A stretch of 64,000 nt of DNA. Origin: Neoechinorhynchus agilis (Eukaryota; Animalia; Acanthocephala). The notes under the pieces are model-generated. The model had not been told where the DNA came from and ran no database searches. It saw only the letters and a list, made by a program, of their open reading frames with translations. Location: the NCBI GenBank assembly GCA_051530055.1, contig CM121342.1, forward strand, positions 406,797 to 470,796. Reading direction: 5' to 3'. The first letter of the stretch is position 1. Every line of letters starts with the position of its first letter. A program made the translations under genes and the position numbers. Shown here one piece after another: positions 39,125 to 52,603 of the stretch.

Positions 39125-40152
39125 GTATATACATTGTTGTTCATAAATATACGTAGTGTGCGTTTTTAATCAATGCGTTTTTGTGTTTGTTGTCTATTTT
39201 TTTATTCTGTGTACTTTTAAACCTTTATTTTTGTTTATTCAAGCTTTCAGTTTCCATTTGTGTTTGCGAATGTGCAACATTCCCGAAGCTCCACTGCTGA
39301 TATCGCGCTAAAATTAATGCGGACGCCCGATCATATTTGCATAATAATTTTCCCATAAGTCCACAAAGATCAATGTACATGGTTCCTCTTTGTCTTGTTT
39401 CCACGAGGAATGGTCGAAATCGATATTGACGATTTGGCTGAGCTTATTCCGAAGAAGATAATCCAGACTTGATATATCATCAGTTCACGCGAAGGCGGGT
39501 GCAGATCTCAGTCTGTGCAAAAACTTTGAGATGTAGAGGCAGTTTTTAATCAAAAAACGGCTTCGTGAGACTTAAGCTCTGAACATCTCTCACATGGTAA
39601 AATCAGGGCGGCAAAGATATTTGCCACGTTCTTCGGAACATCCTCCTTGAAAACGCATGAACCTAGGAGATTGAGGTCGCAAATATTGATTCGTTTGATA
39701 CCCGGATTGACATTTTTGAATTGCTCGTGTACCCGCGAGCTTTCTGTTCTGTCCATGTTCAGGAGTAGCAATTCACACTTTGAACTGTTCAACTCGAAGC
39801 CTATCTTGGAGCTAATCTCGATGATGCGGCTAATATCACCCAGAACAGAGAGAGGGTCACCTCCCAGGATGCCGTCGTCCAGGTACCACGCGTTGAAGTT
39901 CGATTTTAGTGACCTCACCGATGGATTGATTGCAATGGAGAAGCCAATCAGACCGAGGGGCATGCTGCTTTTTCCATGCTGCCCAATCGATTCGGGTATC
40001 ATAATCTGAAATGAACCTGAGGAAATACCTGTAACGGGACGTCAGCGACACGCATAATGATAAATGTGATATCGATAGTGTGTTGTGGGGATGTGAACAT
40101 TGTGTGCGTGTTGTCTGCAAACAATAACCACCAATTCCCACAAGAACGGACA
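39125..40152 (-). mobile_element. CRE-clade retrotransposon remnant, duplicated at 50260-50997
   Basis: AWYLDDGILGG..SKIGFELNSSKCE, a CRE-type RT signature; long alignment with 50260-50997. Confidence 0.8.
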
Positions 40153-40379
40153 TAACACGACCTGATATTCCCAGATTATCTGTATGTTTATGAGGACCAA
40201 AGGTACATGGGTCTAATTTCTTAAACACAAAGGTCAATAAAACGTGTTATGATTATTATAAAACGTCGTTTTACCGTAAACTTACAAGGCGTTGTCAACT
40301 GTTATGAAAAATCGCGTTGGTAGTGTAAAAACGGTTTCTTAACCCCCAGACCCTTCCGATGATCCTGCGGGAGATCTGT

Positions 40380-42052
40380 GATGGATCAACGACCATTGCG
40401 AGAGCCGCTGCCTTCTGATTCTGTTTCGAACCTTACTACTCAGCTTCATAAATGGACATCTTCAAACAATTCTCAAGAAACTTATTTAGTTTATCCTACT
40501 AAGCGATGGCCTAGTACACCCAGCATAAAATCGAACCCCATAATGCCAAGGGATATCATCTTCAATCAAACAATCACCCCGTGGGCCAGTTCTTTCAAAA
40601 ATTCGGTGTTCTAAGAATATACTTGACCAATCTTAAGTGGCTAACAAATCTACAAAAACTCAACATTAAAGCTGCAGAGATTTCAAATATAAATCACGCT
40701 AACGATACTTGCATGGAATTAGAAGATTTGTGTATAGATGCAGAATAAAGCAATTCCGGATTTGTCAGTCGGATTATGGAGACGCAGATGTCCCTTATTG
40801 ACAATGATTCGGCCGATCTCATTAATGGGAAGATCAGCTCAAAAAAGCCCAGGTAATGAAGGGGAGTTTTAGAATTGTTCAATGGAACTGTGGTGGGGCG
40901 ACAAATCTCTACAAGATTACACGTTTTATCCCTGGAATTTCAATTTTTTTAATACAGGAAACCAAGATCATTTAGGCGAGCGCTCGACTATACAATATTG
41001 TACATCAACTCAACTCTCCAGAGTTCGACTGCTTCATCACTGCTCCTTTTGGACATTCCTCGCAAGGACTAATATCAATTTTTAATTTCTCACTTAATGC
41101 CACTTTGATTTCTTCTTTTGGCTCGAATGAACTATCTTACTCTACAAATTTTTATTTAACAAAAAATATTTCACTATTGCAAACCTGTACATTAAACCTG
41201 GTTTTGTGCATCGACCTTCCACTAAAAATATATTAAAGTTCCTCCTTTGGTCCAACATAGATTTTATTGTTGGGGATTTCGACGATATTTCGTTAAAATG
41301 TACCAAAGCAATGATCAACTTCGTCAAACCTTCCTATGAACTTTCTTTACCACAGTCTCCGTCCTTTCACATAATCTCCAAAAACACCCACTCTTTTTTA
41401 GACTTGTTTATCAGTAGGAAATGTCATAATCTCTTAATTCAGGTTGATCGTCAAGTTTCCCTTTTTGACCTGGCTGATCACAATCTTTTAATTTGGTTCT
41501 GTGGACTAACGACACTTTACGAAGAATCTCTCATCTGCCCCCTGGACATCGCTCTTTTTAAATGCGTCGTTCAAAATATTTTTTGCTTCCAAATACAACT
41601 CCCTTTTAACCTCCTAACGTAAATAGCTTAATCAACAAAACGGTTAGTTTATTTCTATATCATCCAATAATAATTTTTTCTAGACCCTACGAAAGCCGTT
41701 CCTTGCGCTTTATTGGAAGGCAATTATATATAACTAAGCAAGCCGGAGACCCCATTCTCTCCAAGCTGTTTTCCAATCATTTTTATGCTGATCGATGTCG
41801 ACAGCATTACAGAAGAGAAGGTGCGGTATTGGACGCTCTTAAACCTTACTCTTCGAAATGGTGGTCAACTTTTTCAAAAAAGAAGTTCATCAAATAGAAA
41901 TCAAAAGTTGTGAGCTGGTTAAAATCTGCTAATATAGGGTCTATTCTTAACGTTATTTTCGAATACCACTCTGTTGGTCGGGTAAAAGATAGACCCTCGT
42001 TAGTATTTCGCAGACTAATCACTGGTCGTCGAGACCTTAATGTTGATAACAT
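40380..42052 (+). mobile_element. Decayed I-group-like LINE (APE region), 3' truncated by CR1
   Basis: LIQETK, IDFIVGDFD, SFHIISKNTHSFLD; same motifs as the 20-23 kb and 35-39 kb LINEs. Confidence 0.7.
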
Positions 42053-42054
42053 TT

Positions 42055-45000
42055 TGAATGTCTGGCCACATCAAAGCAGCTAACGTCATCAGGGATCGTC
42101 AACGCCATCAAGGATAGTCAACGTCATCTCGCTCGTCAGCATCCTCTCTCGCGTGAACGCCCTCCAAAGTCGAAAACAATTATCGATACAATTAAATCTT
42201 CATCGTTGCGCTCACCTTCATGGCTGGTAAAAAGTCCCGTAACCCAGCCTCTAAGAAGATCACCTGCTCGTGCCAAGGGTGCTCGATAACAACCCTCATC
42301 GCCCCAACGCACATCCCAGAGTCTTGCCCGTTCTTTATCTGTGGGTTCTGTTGCGCCAAGCTGCTGATCAAATTGGCACCAGATAGAATACCGTTTGGAA
42401 TGTCTTTTGGAGTTGTCAACAGGGCACTTTCGACCGCGATCGACGCTAACCTCGAAACATACCCTTCTACCATGCCTTTGAACATCACAACAGAAGCCAT
42501 TTCACAGATTTCTCCCGATCTGATGTCCAACAACGGCCCATCACCAGAATCATTCCACCACTCCGATCTCTTTCCTCCCGTTTCACCCGTCACAACACTT
42601 CCCACTCAACTGAGTATATCCCCAAGACACAACCAAACAATTGTCAAGGATCCCTTACCAGCTCCCTGCAGGCCGTTAATTTCACATCTAATTAATGACA
42701 ACGAGCGTGACCTGTTTCCGTAATAGGCCAACCAACTATCTTGTGACAACCCAAACATGCCATGCACACCTGGAAATGATAAATCGTCTCTGAACCCTCG
42801 ACCTAACTCAATCCCGATTATCAAACCTCCAGTTCAGACTCATATTACCTCCCTCGCATCCACCCTCCCCGCAGCTCCTTCTTATCCCGCTCGTCGACTT
42901 CCAACCTTTGTTTTCCATCCCTTATCAGAAAATCGTCACACCTCAGACATACTAGTCACCACAGAAACCCGGCTAAGTGACTCAAACAAAGACACCGCAG
43001 CCATACCTAACTTCACTCACTTTCACTCTGTCAGAGGCCCAGCCCAAAAAATTTCGGTCGGCCTTGAAAATCTACTTACACCCTAGATGAACAGGCAACC
43101 ACAACGTCACCTGACTTGACATCCATCTCCCCCCTCGAACCCATTTCCTTGCTGAGCATCCCACCTAAACAGCCGTTCCCTACAATCATATACACCAATA
43201 TTCGTAGCATCCTACCAAAAATCGACGAGCTGTCCATACCAAAGCTGACATTCTCGTCATTACGGAAACCTGGCTCTCCCAATTTAATAAGGACACCGCC
43301 ATCATCCCCGGATTCTCCTCATTTCACCTAACTAGAGATGATCGTTCTGGGGGAGGCGTCTCTATTTACTTGAAGTCATCCTTACCATACACCATCTCCA
43401 TCCCTCACTATTTTATATAAGAACATCTCAAAAGGGTTCACCTTCAACTCTCTTTTTCTCTTCATAACGGCAGCCGTGAAATGAACGTCGCCGGTGTTTA
43501 TCGTCCCCCTGCCTCAACTCCCGCCGCAACATCTGAACAAATCGATACCTTAATTAATGACAAGCTATCGTTAAATTCTCAACACTTCATGATTCTAGGA
43601 GCCCTACCGCTCCGATTCCCAACTGGGCCATTCGCATTATCATTTCCTTGATCTTTGAGCCTCTAGCTCATATCATCAATTCTAGCTTTGAAACGAGGAT
43701 TTTTGCAGATTGCCTGAAGACTGCTCGCGTCATTCCTATCCCTAAGGCGGGGAAACCCGTTTCTCCGACTTCCTTTCGCCCTATATCTCTACTCTTGCCG
43801 TTTTCTAAAAATTGTTGAAAAATGTTTCAGAACTCGCATCCTCCCCATCTTTTTACAAAATATTTCGTCTAACCGATTCGGCTTCCGACCAGGATTCTGT
43901 TATACCGATGCCCTCTTGTGCATTTACGATTCAATTCTGCGCAATCTTGACCAAGAACCGTCTTTCGTTTGTCGCCTCATCCAGGTGGATCTTGCCAAGG
44001 CCTTTGACTCTGTAGGTCACGATCTTCTCGTTAAGGCCTGCGAGAAATTTGGCTTCTTACCCTGGCAAATAAGCTGGCTCACTTCTTTCCTCGCAAACCG
44101 GTCGCAATATTTTCAATGCGGAAATACCCACTCGACGACGCTTCCCATACATGGCGGTGTGTCACAAGGAGCAGTACTATCGCCTTTACTTTTCGATATC
44201 TTCCTCAACGACCTTACACCCCTCTCAACGTCCGCTAAATATTTCCTTTATGCGGACGGCCTAACCATCATAACCCATGCTCCTCCATCACCCTCACTCA
44301 GCCTCACGTCCGCAGAGATTTAAAATCTTAAAGATTTTTGCACCACCCATAAACTCTCAATTAATTTCTCCAAATCTTATGAACTTATTCCGTCGCTTCG
44401 AAAACCTAGGACTGGTATTCCACCGCTCCCTCTCGATATCCAACGAATCACATCGCTTCGCATTCTGGGCCTATTCTTCCAACATAACCTCAAATGGGAC
44501 ATCCACATTAATGGCGTCGTAGCAAAAGCCACTGCTAAATTGTATTTTATCAAGCGCTTGCGTTTCCTCGGAGTCAGCCCACGCGATCTAGCACGTTTCT
44601 ATTGGTACGTTGTGGTCCCTGCAATCTCATATGCATACCCAACCTTTTGCAATTAATCGACCCCTGTTAGATCTGATATTTCCAAAATGATAAAACTTTT
44701 GAAAATTGCCAAATCTAAAGTCAAACCGGTCTGTAATCTTGGATTGAGTGTTAAGCACTTCCAATCCATTTGGAAAACTTGGGCAATCTCTAGCCTGGTA
44801 TTTTTTTTCTAGAGGTCGCCCTCCAGAACAGAAACCACAGTTCATTAACGGCTTTTTGAAACATCTAGACTCGTTACCTCTTACCTGGACTTGAGAGTTA
44901 AGAGACTTCTCCCTTAAAAGGCTTGAGAAATGGACGAATCAATAGGAATCTAACATCTTCTTAGTATATATCCGAGCTATACAAAACAACTAAGATCTTT

Positions 45001-45060
45001 TTAGACGACTGGTGGAACGAGGCTTCTTTTAAGAAACATTTCAATTCAGTAAACTATGTT
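42055..45060 (+). mobile_element. CR1-clade LINE, decayed
   Basis: ORF1 with Cys cluster (CSCQGC..FICGFCC); IIYTNIRSILPKIDEL, TETRL (APE); QVDLAKAFDSVGH, GVSQGAVLSPLLF..FLND, LYADG (RT). Confidence 0.85.
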
Positions 45061-45103
45061 TTATCCTGGATTATGATCACCCGAACTCCAACAAAAAGTA
45101 ATG

Positions 45104-46550
45104 CTACAAATCTGTCTTTTTCTCAGCTTCCATCCTCCTATATTCCTTCTTAACAAATGCAGACGTAGTGACAGCCAACAAAAGACAGACACAGAGGAAA
45201 ATGTTCGAGAGTACCGACTTGTGGTTTTCGAGAATCGCTGCATGAGAATAGGTAAGCACTATTCCGAAGATCTGCGCGGACCAGTTTAGAATTCCACTGG
45301 AAATGTCCTCGTTGGTTGGATAAGTGATTTCAGCGGCGAGTTCGAATCCGATTGCTAAGAATCCAGTCATCGTAAACCCCAACAGAGCCGAAATGAAGTA
45401 ACCAATAAGCACGTTGAGATGAAGAGTTGCCGTAAATATGATCATAAAGATGAGACTGCATGCGCAGGAAATGATAGAAACCACTCGGTACTTTTTGGAC
45501 CAACTTAATATCATACCAGCACATATGCTTCCAACAAGTCCACTGATTACGATAATTACACCGACGATACCAGCGGCATTTTTGTTGTTAGGGTGGTTTT
45601 CCTCGTAGTATTTATGGACATTAACCGAAAAGGCATAATACACGCCAACGACGAGTCCATAGGTAAAGAAAAGCACAATAAAGCTTTGCATAAGTAGCGG
45701 GCATGCATGACGAACTTAAAGAACTTCGTTTTAAACCGTTTGTCAGACAACCCTTTAGGTATTTGAATGTTTCGAGAACGCTCATTTTGTTCTCGGCGCG
45801 TAGTACTTCGGCTTGGCTAACTGGCTTTTTGGGTTTATCAGGGAAGAATAAAACAATCAACAAGCAATCTATGCAGGCGACAACACACAGGGGCACAGCT
45901 ACTCCGTACAGCATCGTATTTTTAAGTCCATTAAATACTTCATCGCTAATATGGGTACTATTGTATATTCCTTCAATTCTGTTGACTAAAACACTAGGGA
46001 TGATGAACCCAAAAGCAATTCCGAGTTCATTGGCAAAGACGCCTATCGATGCAACGATCGATGCTACTTCTTGACGAAACCAAAGTGCAGCTAAATGGGA
46101 TGGCTGACCAAGAGTGAACGTCTCTGCTAATCCGGATATAACTTGACCAAACATTAATGCTCCAAATGACAGATAATGTTGGGCTATGCATTTTATTACC
46201 GTCCCGGTTGCATTTAAACACGATCCAATGACAATGCTGGTTCTCAGACCCTTTCCTTCCAGTAGAAAATGACATGGAATAATGAAAACAAAGTACAAAA
46301 ACATGAAAACCGTGGCTGTTGTGTCAATTACGAATTGTCGGCCATTGACAGGAAGAGTAGAGTTGTAAAGTATTTTGACTTGCTCACTTACGACTGTGAA
46401 TTGTATCCATTGAAAAGCGTTGGAACCAGTTAAAACAAGGAAGAGAAAAAGGACGAGAAACCGGCGAGGTTCCTCGCCTATTGTTGCTTCAATACACAAG
46501 TCTTGCTTTGTGTTTTCGTTCAGTTTCCGCGGATTAGAGTGGAGCTCCAT
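45104..46550 (-). CDS. FLVCR: FLVCR/SLC49-family MFS transporter (heme/choline/ethanolamine family)
   Basis: ATG 46550 (MELHSNP; the ORF track starts at an upstream TTG); RRFLVLFLF..SNAFQWIQF; GQPSHLAALWF..SIGVFANELGIAFGF; GFELAAEITYP..SSGILN..AQIFGI. One short intron or frameshift near 45690-45740 is unresolved. Confidence 0.92.
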
Positions 46551-46835
46551 GACCTTTTGATTACATCTACCCTTCAATGTGAAATTATACTTGACAAAAA
46601 ATAAAAACGAACCTAGAACTATCCCATGTACGGTTTGATATTTGCTCCCATGCTTTCACTTGAGATACGTCTTTGACTGATGCGACATTTAACATGCGAC
46701 TAAGGTTGTAAAACGATAACGATATTTAAATACCATAGCTTTAAAAATTTGATAATTCACATTTAAACGCGAAATAAAATGGTGAATGATTTCTGTTTAG
46801 TTAAAGATAGAATCCATGAGTATGTGGCGGTGGGG

Positions 46836-47024
46836 AGCACAAAAATTTCAAGCATTAAGGTGCTCGTTTGTGTTCAGTTGGAGTTGTGTAATGAGTCGCT
46901 CTTTTGTTTTAACGTAATATACGCAAATTCCGAACTTACAAGAGTGTATCTAAAAAGTTAGTGAGATGAAGCGTGTAGATTGCTAAATGTATTGATAATC
47001 AAATAAATTCCAATTATATTCTTT
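46836..47024 (-). pseudogene. Duplicated SLC52 promoter plus first 7 codons
   Basis: Near-identical to 34702-34908 (one ~18-bp indel); includes ATG CTT GAA ATT TTT GTG. Confidence 0.9.
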
Positions 47025-48008
47025 GCCAAGAAAATAAATTCTATTAGCCGTTTATAAAATTACAAGCATCAATAATGCTCTGTCCGTTTAAACGTGTAAC
47101 ATATCTTGGCTGTTGGCTGTTTCAGGTGCCCAAGAAGCATAAAAACGTCATTTTCAAAGTCGTCAAAAAAAATCGAAATTATTCTCGCATTCATTACGTC
47201 TTCGAAATGCCTATATATCGCAAGCCACCGAAAATAGGCTGCTCTGTTCAACCGATGGAAAGTAAAAAAGTCAACATCAGTTTAAAATTGCCTGTTGAAA
47301 AGGCAGTGGTGCTAGTCCGTAGGATAACGCTAATGTTCGTGGTTTAGATGATAAACCTTGATAATGTCGGAATTATCCAACGTGAAATATCGGAAATAAA
47401 TTAGTGAATTTAAATCCGGGGTGGCAAAGCTGCCAAAAGAACCCAAGACATCAAGAACAAAAAAAACCATGGCTAATTACCAATGGATAGAAAACTTTCC
47501 ATCGTAACCTCAAGGTTCTCGTGCTTAAGGGACCAGAACAAATTTTAAAACTGCTGAAGTTTCAAAGATTAATGCATATAGGGTAGGGAGGTTGGGCATA
47601 TAACAAGAAAGCACTTAAGGGAGTCTAGGTTGCTTTGGCGATCTCAGGCCTTGTCTTTTCGAGAGGGCTCTCGATAAGCCGCCCTCCCAATTCACAATAT
47701 ATGAGCACTGGACGCCTCAAAATAAGGAAATGGTTGCATTGAGGCTAACACTAATAAATATTTATTAAGGCGATTTTTACTTGCCCAAGTCAGTATTGTT
47801 CATTGGTAGCCCTAAAGATTAACTTGCTTGGGATAAAATGGCGATTCTGGATATCTTCAATTAATTTTATTGCCGGGCTGTAGATCAGAATTACTGCCAA
47901 AGAAAAAATGAAATTTTAGTTGAAGCATCTACATTCGAAGCGGCGTAAACTCAAATAAAATTGTATTTGATACGTAGGTTTTAAGTAGATAATTGTTATT
48001 GTTTTAAC

Positions 48009-49021
48009 ATGCGTCCAAATCAACTGGTCGTGAAAATCGTACTTAATTTGCTTGCTATATTAACCTCAACTTGCGCTGAGCTGGGAAGAAACTGTTTTGA
48101 TGAACAGTACGATACAATCTATATAGCAAGTAGACCGAAAACCGACACCTCGGTGATCGTACCTTTCCGAATATCAATTCCACAAAACATGCTAACATTT
48201 TTCTTGCTTGTCAGTGGAAACATGACCGACAGTGTTGGTCAATTGATTTCTTATGATGGCTTTCTATTCGATAATCCAGTTCTGGTTTGTGCAATCATTC
48301 CCTTTACAATCAAATCGGTCCTATTTAGCTCAACCGGACACTAGACGATGATTTTGGTTCAACATTAAAAAAAGAGAATAACACGGAATTCAGTGGACGC
48401 GTATTTTTCAACAACACTGATTCGCCAAATGGGTGTCTGTTCATCGGCCACATCGACGAGGATACTGGTGAACTCTCATGGCAACTGACAGCGACGGTTC
48501 TTGGCGAGCCGAATGCTCTACAATATGAACCGTGCGCTTTTTGGACAAAAATGGAACGAGATGTTGCAAGTTGTGTAAATGAGTCGAATTCCCTAGTGAA
48601 TTTAGCAGTTGAATTTGGAATGGACTCGTGCTGTTCGGAATGCGAGTCAATGAACTTTAATCACATCTCAAACATTTCAATTGCCAAAACGATTTTCGAG
48701 GGCAAAGCAAAGTCAACAAAACGTGGGTGGCTTATGCTCGGAAAATTGCGCAGAGTCGCAAGCAACCGTAGAAAGGACGTTCAGATGTTAAAGCGATTGC
48801 GCTTTGCGAAACCTGTGCCAGTGGACAACGAGTTTGTTCGTTATTTACGAGCTTCGAATCACAAATGCTGTAAATTTACAATTGATCCAAATCGCTGTAA
48901 TGTAGAAACTGAAGTACGCCGAATTTTTGAAACTTATGAGACAATTTGGAGATGTTTATCATTTTTACAAGAAAGTGATCGCAATTTGATGTACTCGCGA
49001 TTGACTGTTCGTCTTTACTGA
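48009..49021 (+). CDS. Orphan secreted Cys-containing protein, 2 exons (48009-48284, 48329-49021), ~322 aa
   Basis: Signal-peptide-like MRPNQLVVKIVLNLLAILTSTCA; 44-nt phase-0 GT-AG intron joins two open frames; CCSEC and CCKF..C motifs; several N-glycosylation sequons. Confidence 0.7.
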
Positions 49022-49559
49022 TATAATGGTGGCGAGAAAAAAAGACCTTTACATATATGTTTTTATCAGAAATGTATGCTAAAACGTTTATTATAGTTAA
49101 TCTAATTTCGATCCATTCCGATTTCAGCAAAATTCTGATTTATCGCGTTGTCTGCTAAAATGTGCTTTATGGTTATTACAATGCCATAAAAAGGTGCAAA
49201 CGAATGATTGTAAATTAATAGTTAAGAATACATTACAACCATCTGCAAATGTTGAAGGCCGGTAATGTACAACAAAAGAGAGAATCTTGACAATACAAAA
49301 GTCTTGGGGAAGAGCTACCATTTAATAAGTTCATTACAAAGACTTTTTGTCTTGGGTTATTATCTTCGACGAGAGCCACACACAATTGCTCAGTGTTTTA
49401 ACAAGTTAATTTAAAAATAAATGAGAAAACTGAACGCTTGCAAAGTTCAAGAAGCAGCGAATACGGCGATGCTTATAATAATGTTTTAAGATTGAATTAT
49501 TCATATAGTTTGTTTTTGGCGGGAATGGATCAATATTCACTGCCCTAAGATTGAGCCTA

Positions 49560-50259
49560 AAGTCCGCCTTGTTCCCTTCAACCGTTTTCACTTGGCGGAT
49601 TAATATGGTCTCCAAAATTACACGATCCCATTTTTTTAACTGCGTGCCAAAATGGTCGTGTTGTCAATGTTCATGACGTGGCCTTGTTGTGCGAAATGGT
49701 TGAGTATTGCGGAACTGGCATCGGTACCTATCCTCAGAGCATATTTGTGCCCATTGGTTGTTTTTTCAAAATTGCGTGTTTGGCCCACATACGACTTTTC
49801 ACATTCGGTGCAAGGAATTTTGTACACCACTCCATTGCCTTGACGTTTTTCACGTCCCTTCACCATGGAACTCAGTTGCTTAGCTTTCTTGGTGCAGATT
49901 TGATCAGGCTGCTAATTATAGTGAAGAATTCCTCGTCGACGAATTGTGCATCTATGGAGGCCTTTTGTTTTGACTTCTGGCGCATAGTTTTCGTTGCGTA
50001 GAAGGCACCGTAACTATCTCTTCTTATCATGTAGATTGGATAGCCCTTTCCTTTTAGCATGCTCCACAGAAATTCAAGTTTCTCGCTGAGGGAGTCTTGG
50101 TTGGAGCAATAGTTGTAGCCCGGTCAAATAACGACTTAATCTTAGTTACTTTATATTTAATTGGTACCATTGTAATGAAAGGGGCAATGCTATCCGGTAT
50201 ACCAATCTTCCTGCATCGTCAAATGTTTCGACGCGAGGACTTGGGTTATAGTCTTTATT
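49560..50259 (-). mobile_element. Penelope-like element, decayed (RT C-terminus plus GIY-YIG endonuclease)
   Basis: GNGVVYKIPCTECEKSYVGQTR..GHK..HFAQQGHVMNIDNTTILA; KGYPIYMI upstream. Confidence 0.88.
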
Positions 50260-50997
50260 GTATATACATTGTTGTTCATAAATATACGTAGTGTGCGTTT
50301 TTATGTTTGTTGTCTATTTTTTTATTCTGTGTACTTTTAAACCTTTATTTTTGTTTATTCAAGCTTTCAGTTTCCATTTGTGTTTGCGAATGTGCAACAT
50401 TCCCGAAGCTCCACTGCTGATATCGCGCTAAAATTCATGCGGACGCCCGATCTTCCTCTTTGTCTTGTTTCCACGAGGAATGGTCGAAATCGATATTGAC
50501 GATTTGGCTGAGCTTATTCCGACGAAGATCATCCACGCTCGATATATCATCAGTGCACGCGAAGGCAGGTGCAGATCTCGGCCTGTGCAAAAACTTTGAG
50601 ATGTAGAGGCAGTTTTTAATCAAAAAACGGCTTCGTGAGACTTAAGCTCTGAACATCTCTCACATGGTAAAATCAGGGCGGCAAAGATATTTGCTACGTC
50701 CTTCGGAACATTCTCCTTGAAAACGCAAGTTCAATTTTAGTGACGTCAGTAATGGATTGATTGCAATGGAGAAGTCAATCATACCGAGGGGCATGCTGCT
50801 TTTTCCATGCTGCTTTTTCCATGCTGCCCAATCGTTTCGGGTATCATAATCTGAAATGAATCTGATAAAATTCCTGTAGCAGGACGTCAGCGACACGCAT
50901 AATGATAAATGTGATATCGATAGTGTGTTGTGGGAATGTGAACATTGAGTGCGCGTTGGCTGCAAACAGTAACAACCAATTCCAACAAGAACGGACA
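50260..50997 (-). mobile_element. CRE-clade remnant (duplicate of 39125-40152 with internal deletions)
   Basis: Direct sequence similarity to the first copy, ending at caagaacggaca. Confidence 0.8.
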
Positions 50998-52603
50998 CAA
51001 TTGTATTGCATTGTATGCAACGGTACTTTCCTACGTTGCACCGTAGGTATAAGCCCGTCAAATAGAATTAGACTCCGCAAGGGATCTAAAATACACGACT
51101 GCAGTCCTGTTATGCGGGCAATTCGCGTCTCTTAAAATCAGGTCATCGTATGTACGGCAGTTCCCTTTGCCTTTACGATACAATGTCGTTGGCTTCCAGA
51201 AAAGGAATTGTTGCACGACCTGTGGGCAAGATGCCTCGGACCGAATTATATTGCCCGTGAACTGCAGTCGTCTGCGGTGCAAATATTCACTGGGCGGTTG
51301 TACTCCGGCTCTAATACAGTGCTTTGTTGGTCACTTTATCTGACCATCTGACCTTGAACGCCGCACGTAAGAGAGATGAATGATTTTGGCCCAACTGCCT
51401 CGTCGCCGTTGGTGACAGTGTCCAGGTCTCTGCATTGTAGTAGAGAATGCTCTCAATTAGAGCCCTGAACAGCTGCGAACGGAGTTCATCTGGCAAAGAC
51501 TCGCTGTCAAACAGTGGTTTAAGTTGCCCCATTGCTCTCCAAGCTATAGCTCTCCATCGGCTGACATCCGCACTCACCTCAGGAACGACAGCTCCCAGAT
51601 AGACATACCGCTCTATCTGTTTTAATTGCTCAACGCCATTCGGCCCTTCGCCAGAGACTGTATGCGCGACATGCGGAATCGTCACGAATTCCGTCTTTTT
51701 CGAGTTGATGGTCAGACCAATCATACTCGCCCTCTCGCACAGTCTATTTAGCATGCGTTGAGCTCCTTCGACTGTCGAGGACATCAATACGATGTCGTCG
51801 GCATATGCCATGTAGGAGGCGCGTATCTCAGGATACTTGCGACCTCTTTTCCTCAACAGAAGAAATCCATCTTCATCATTCGGTGGTGCCCATCCCATTA
51901 CCCAATCAAGCACCAAGATGAATAGAAAAGGAGCCAATGTGTCGCCCTGCAGAACACATGAAGTGGTGGAAAAGTATTCTGTCAAATCGTCAGCTGTCTT
52001 TACGGCGGACCTTGTGTTTTTATATAATGCCATAACGGATGTGACAATGATCGGCGGCACTCCATACTCCTTTGAGATACCGCCAATCATCGTTCGATTT
52101 ACCGAATCGAAAGCTCGACGGAAATCAACGAATACCAGCGTCACATCCGTTTGATGAATTCGTGCCTCCTCGAGGATCCTCTTCAAAGCCAATATGTGCT
52201 CTGTGTTGCCTCGACCATTCCTGAAGCCGTTTTGTTCAATTCTTAGAAACGGTTCGAGGATTGTCTGAATTCGGCGTCTCATAATGCCGCTGAAAAAGCA
52301 TTTCTTGGGGATCATTGTTAAATGCGCCGTTTGCCAGATTTGAAGTACTCAGCCACCATTCATTATGCCATTCATTATCGGTATGATTTTTCTGGCAATA
52401 GATTCAAACCTCAGTACCTCTGCGATTGTCCCATTTGGGCCTGATGCAAGTCCCGCACGCATCATTTTCGCCGCAGCGATCACTTCCTTCACGGAAATCG
52501 GTCCAGTGAAGTATGCCTCAGTGCTTGGGACGATTGTGCTTTTTGCGAGTGCAGGACTCACTTCGAAAGACGATAATGGCGAATTGAGAATTTCCGCAAA
52601 ATA
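50998..52603 (-). mobile_element. 5'-truncated RTE-clade LINE
   Basis: EQNGFRNGR, FVDFRRAFDSVNR, VLQGDTLAPFLF, AYADD; 3' tail of short CAAT(A/G) repeats at ~50998-51020. Confidence 0.9.
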
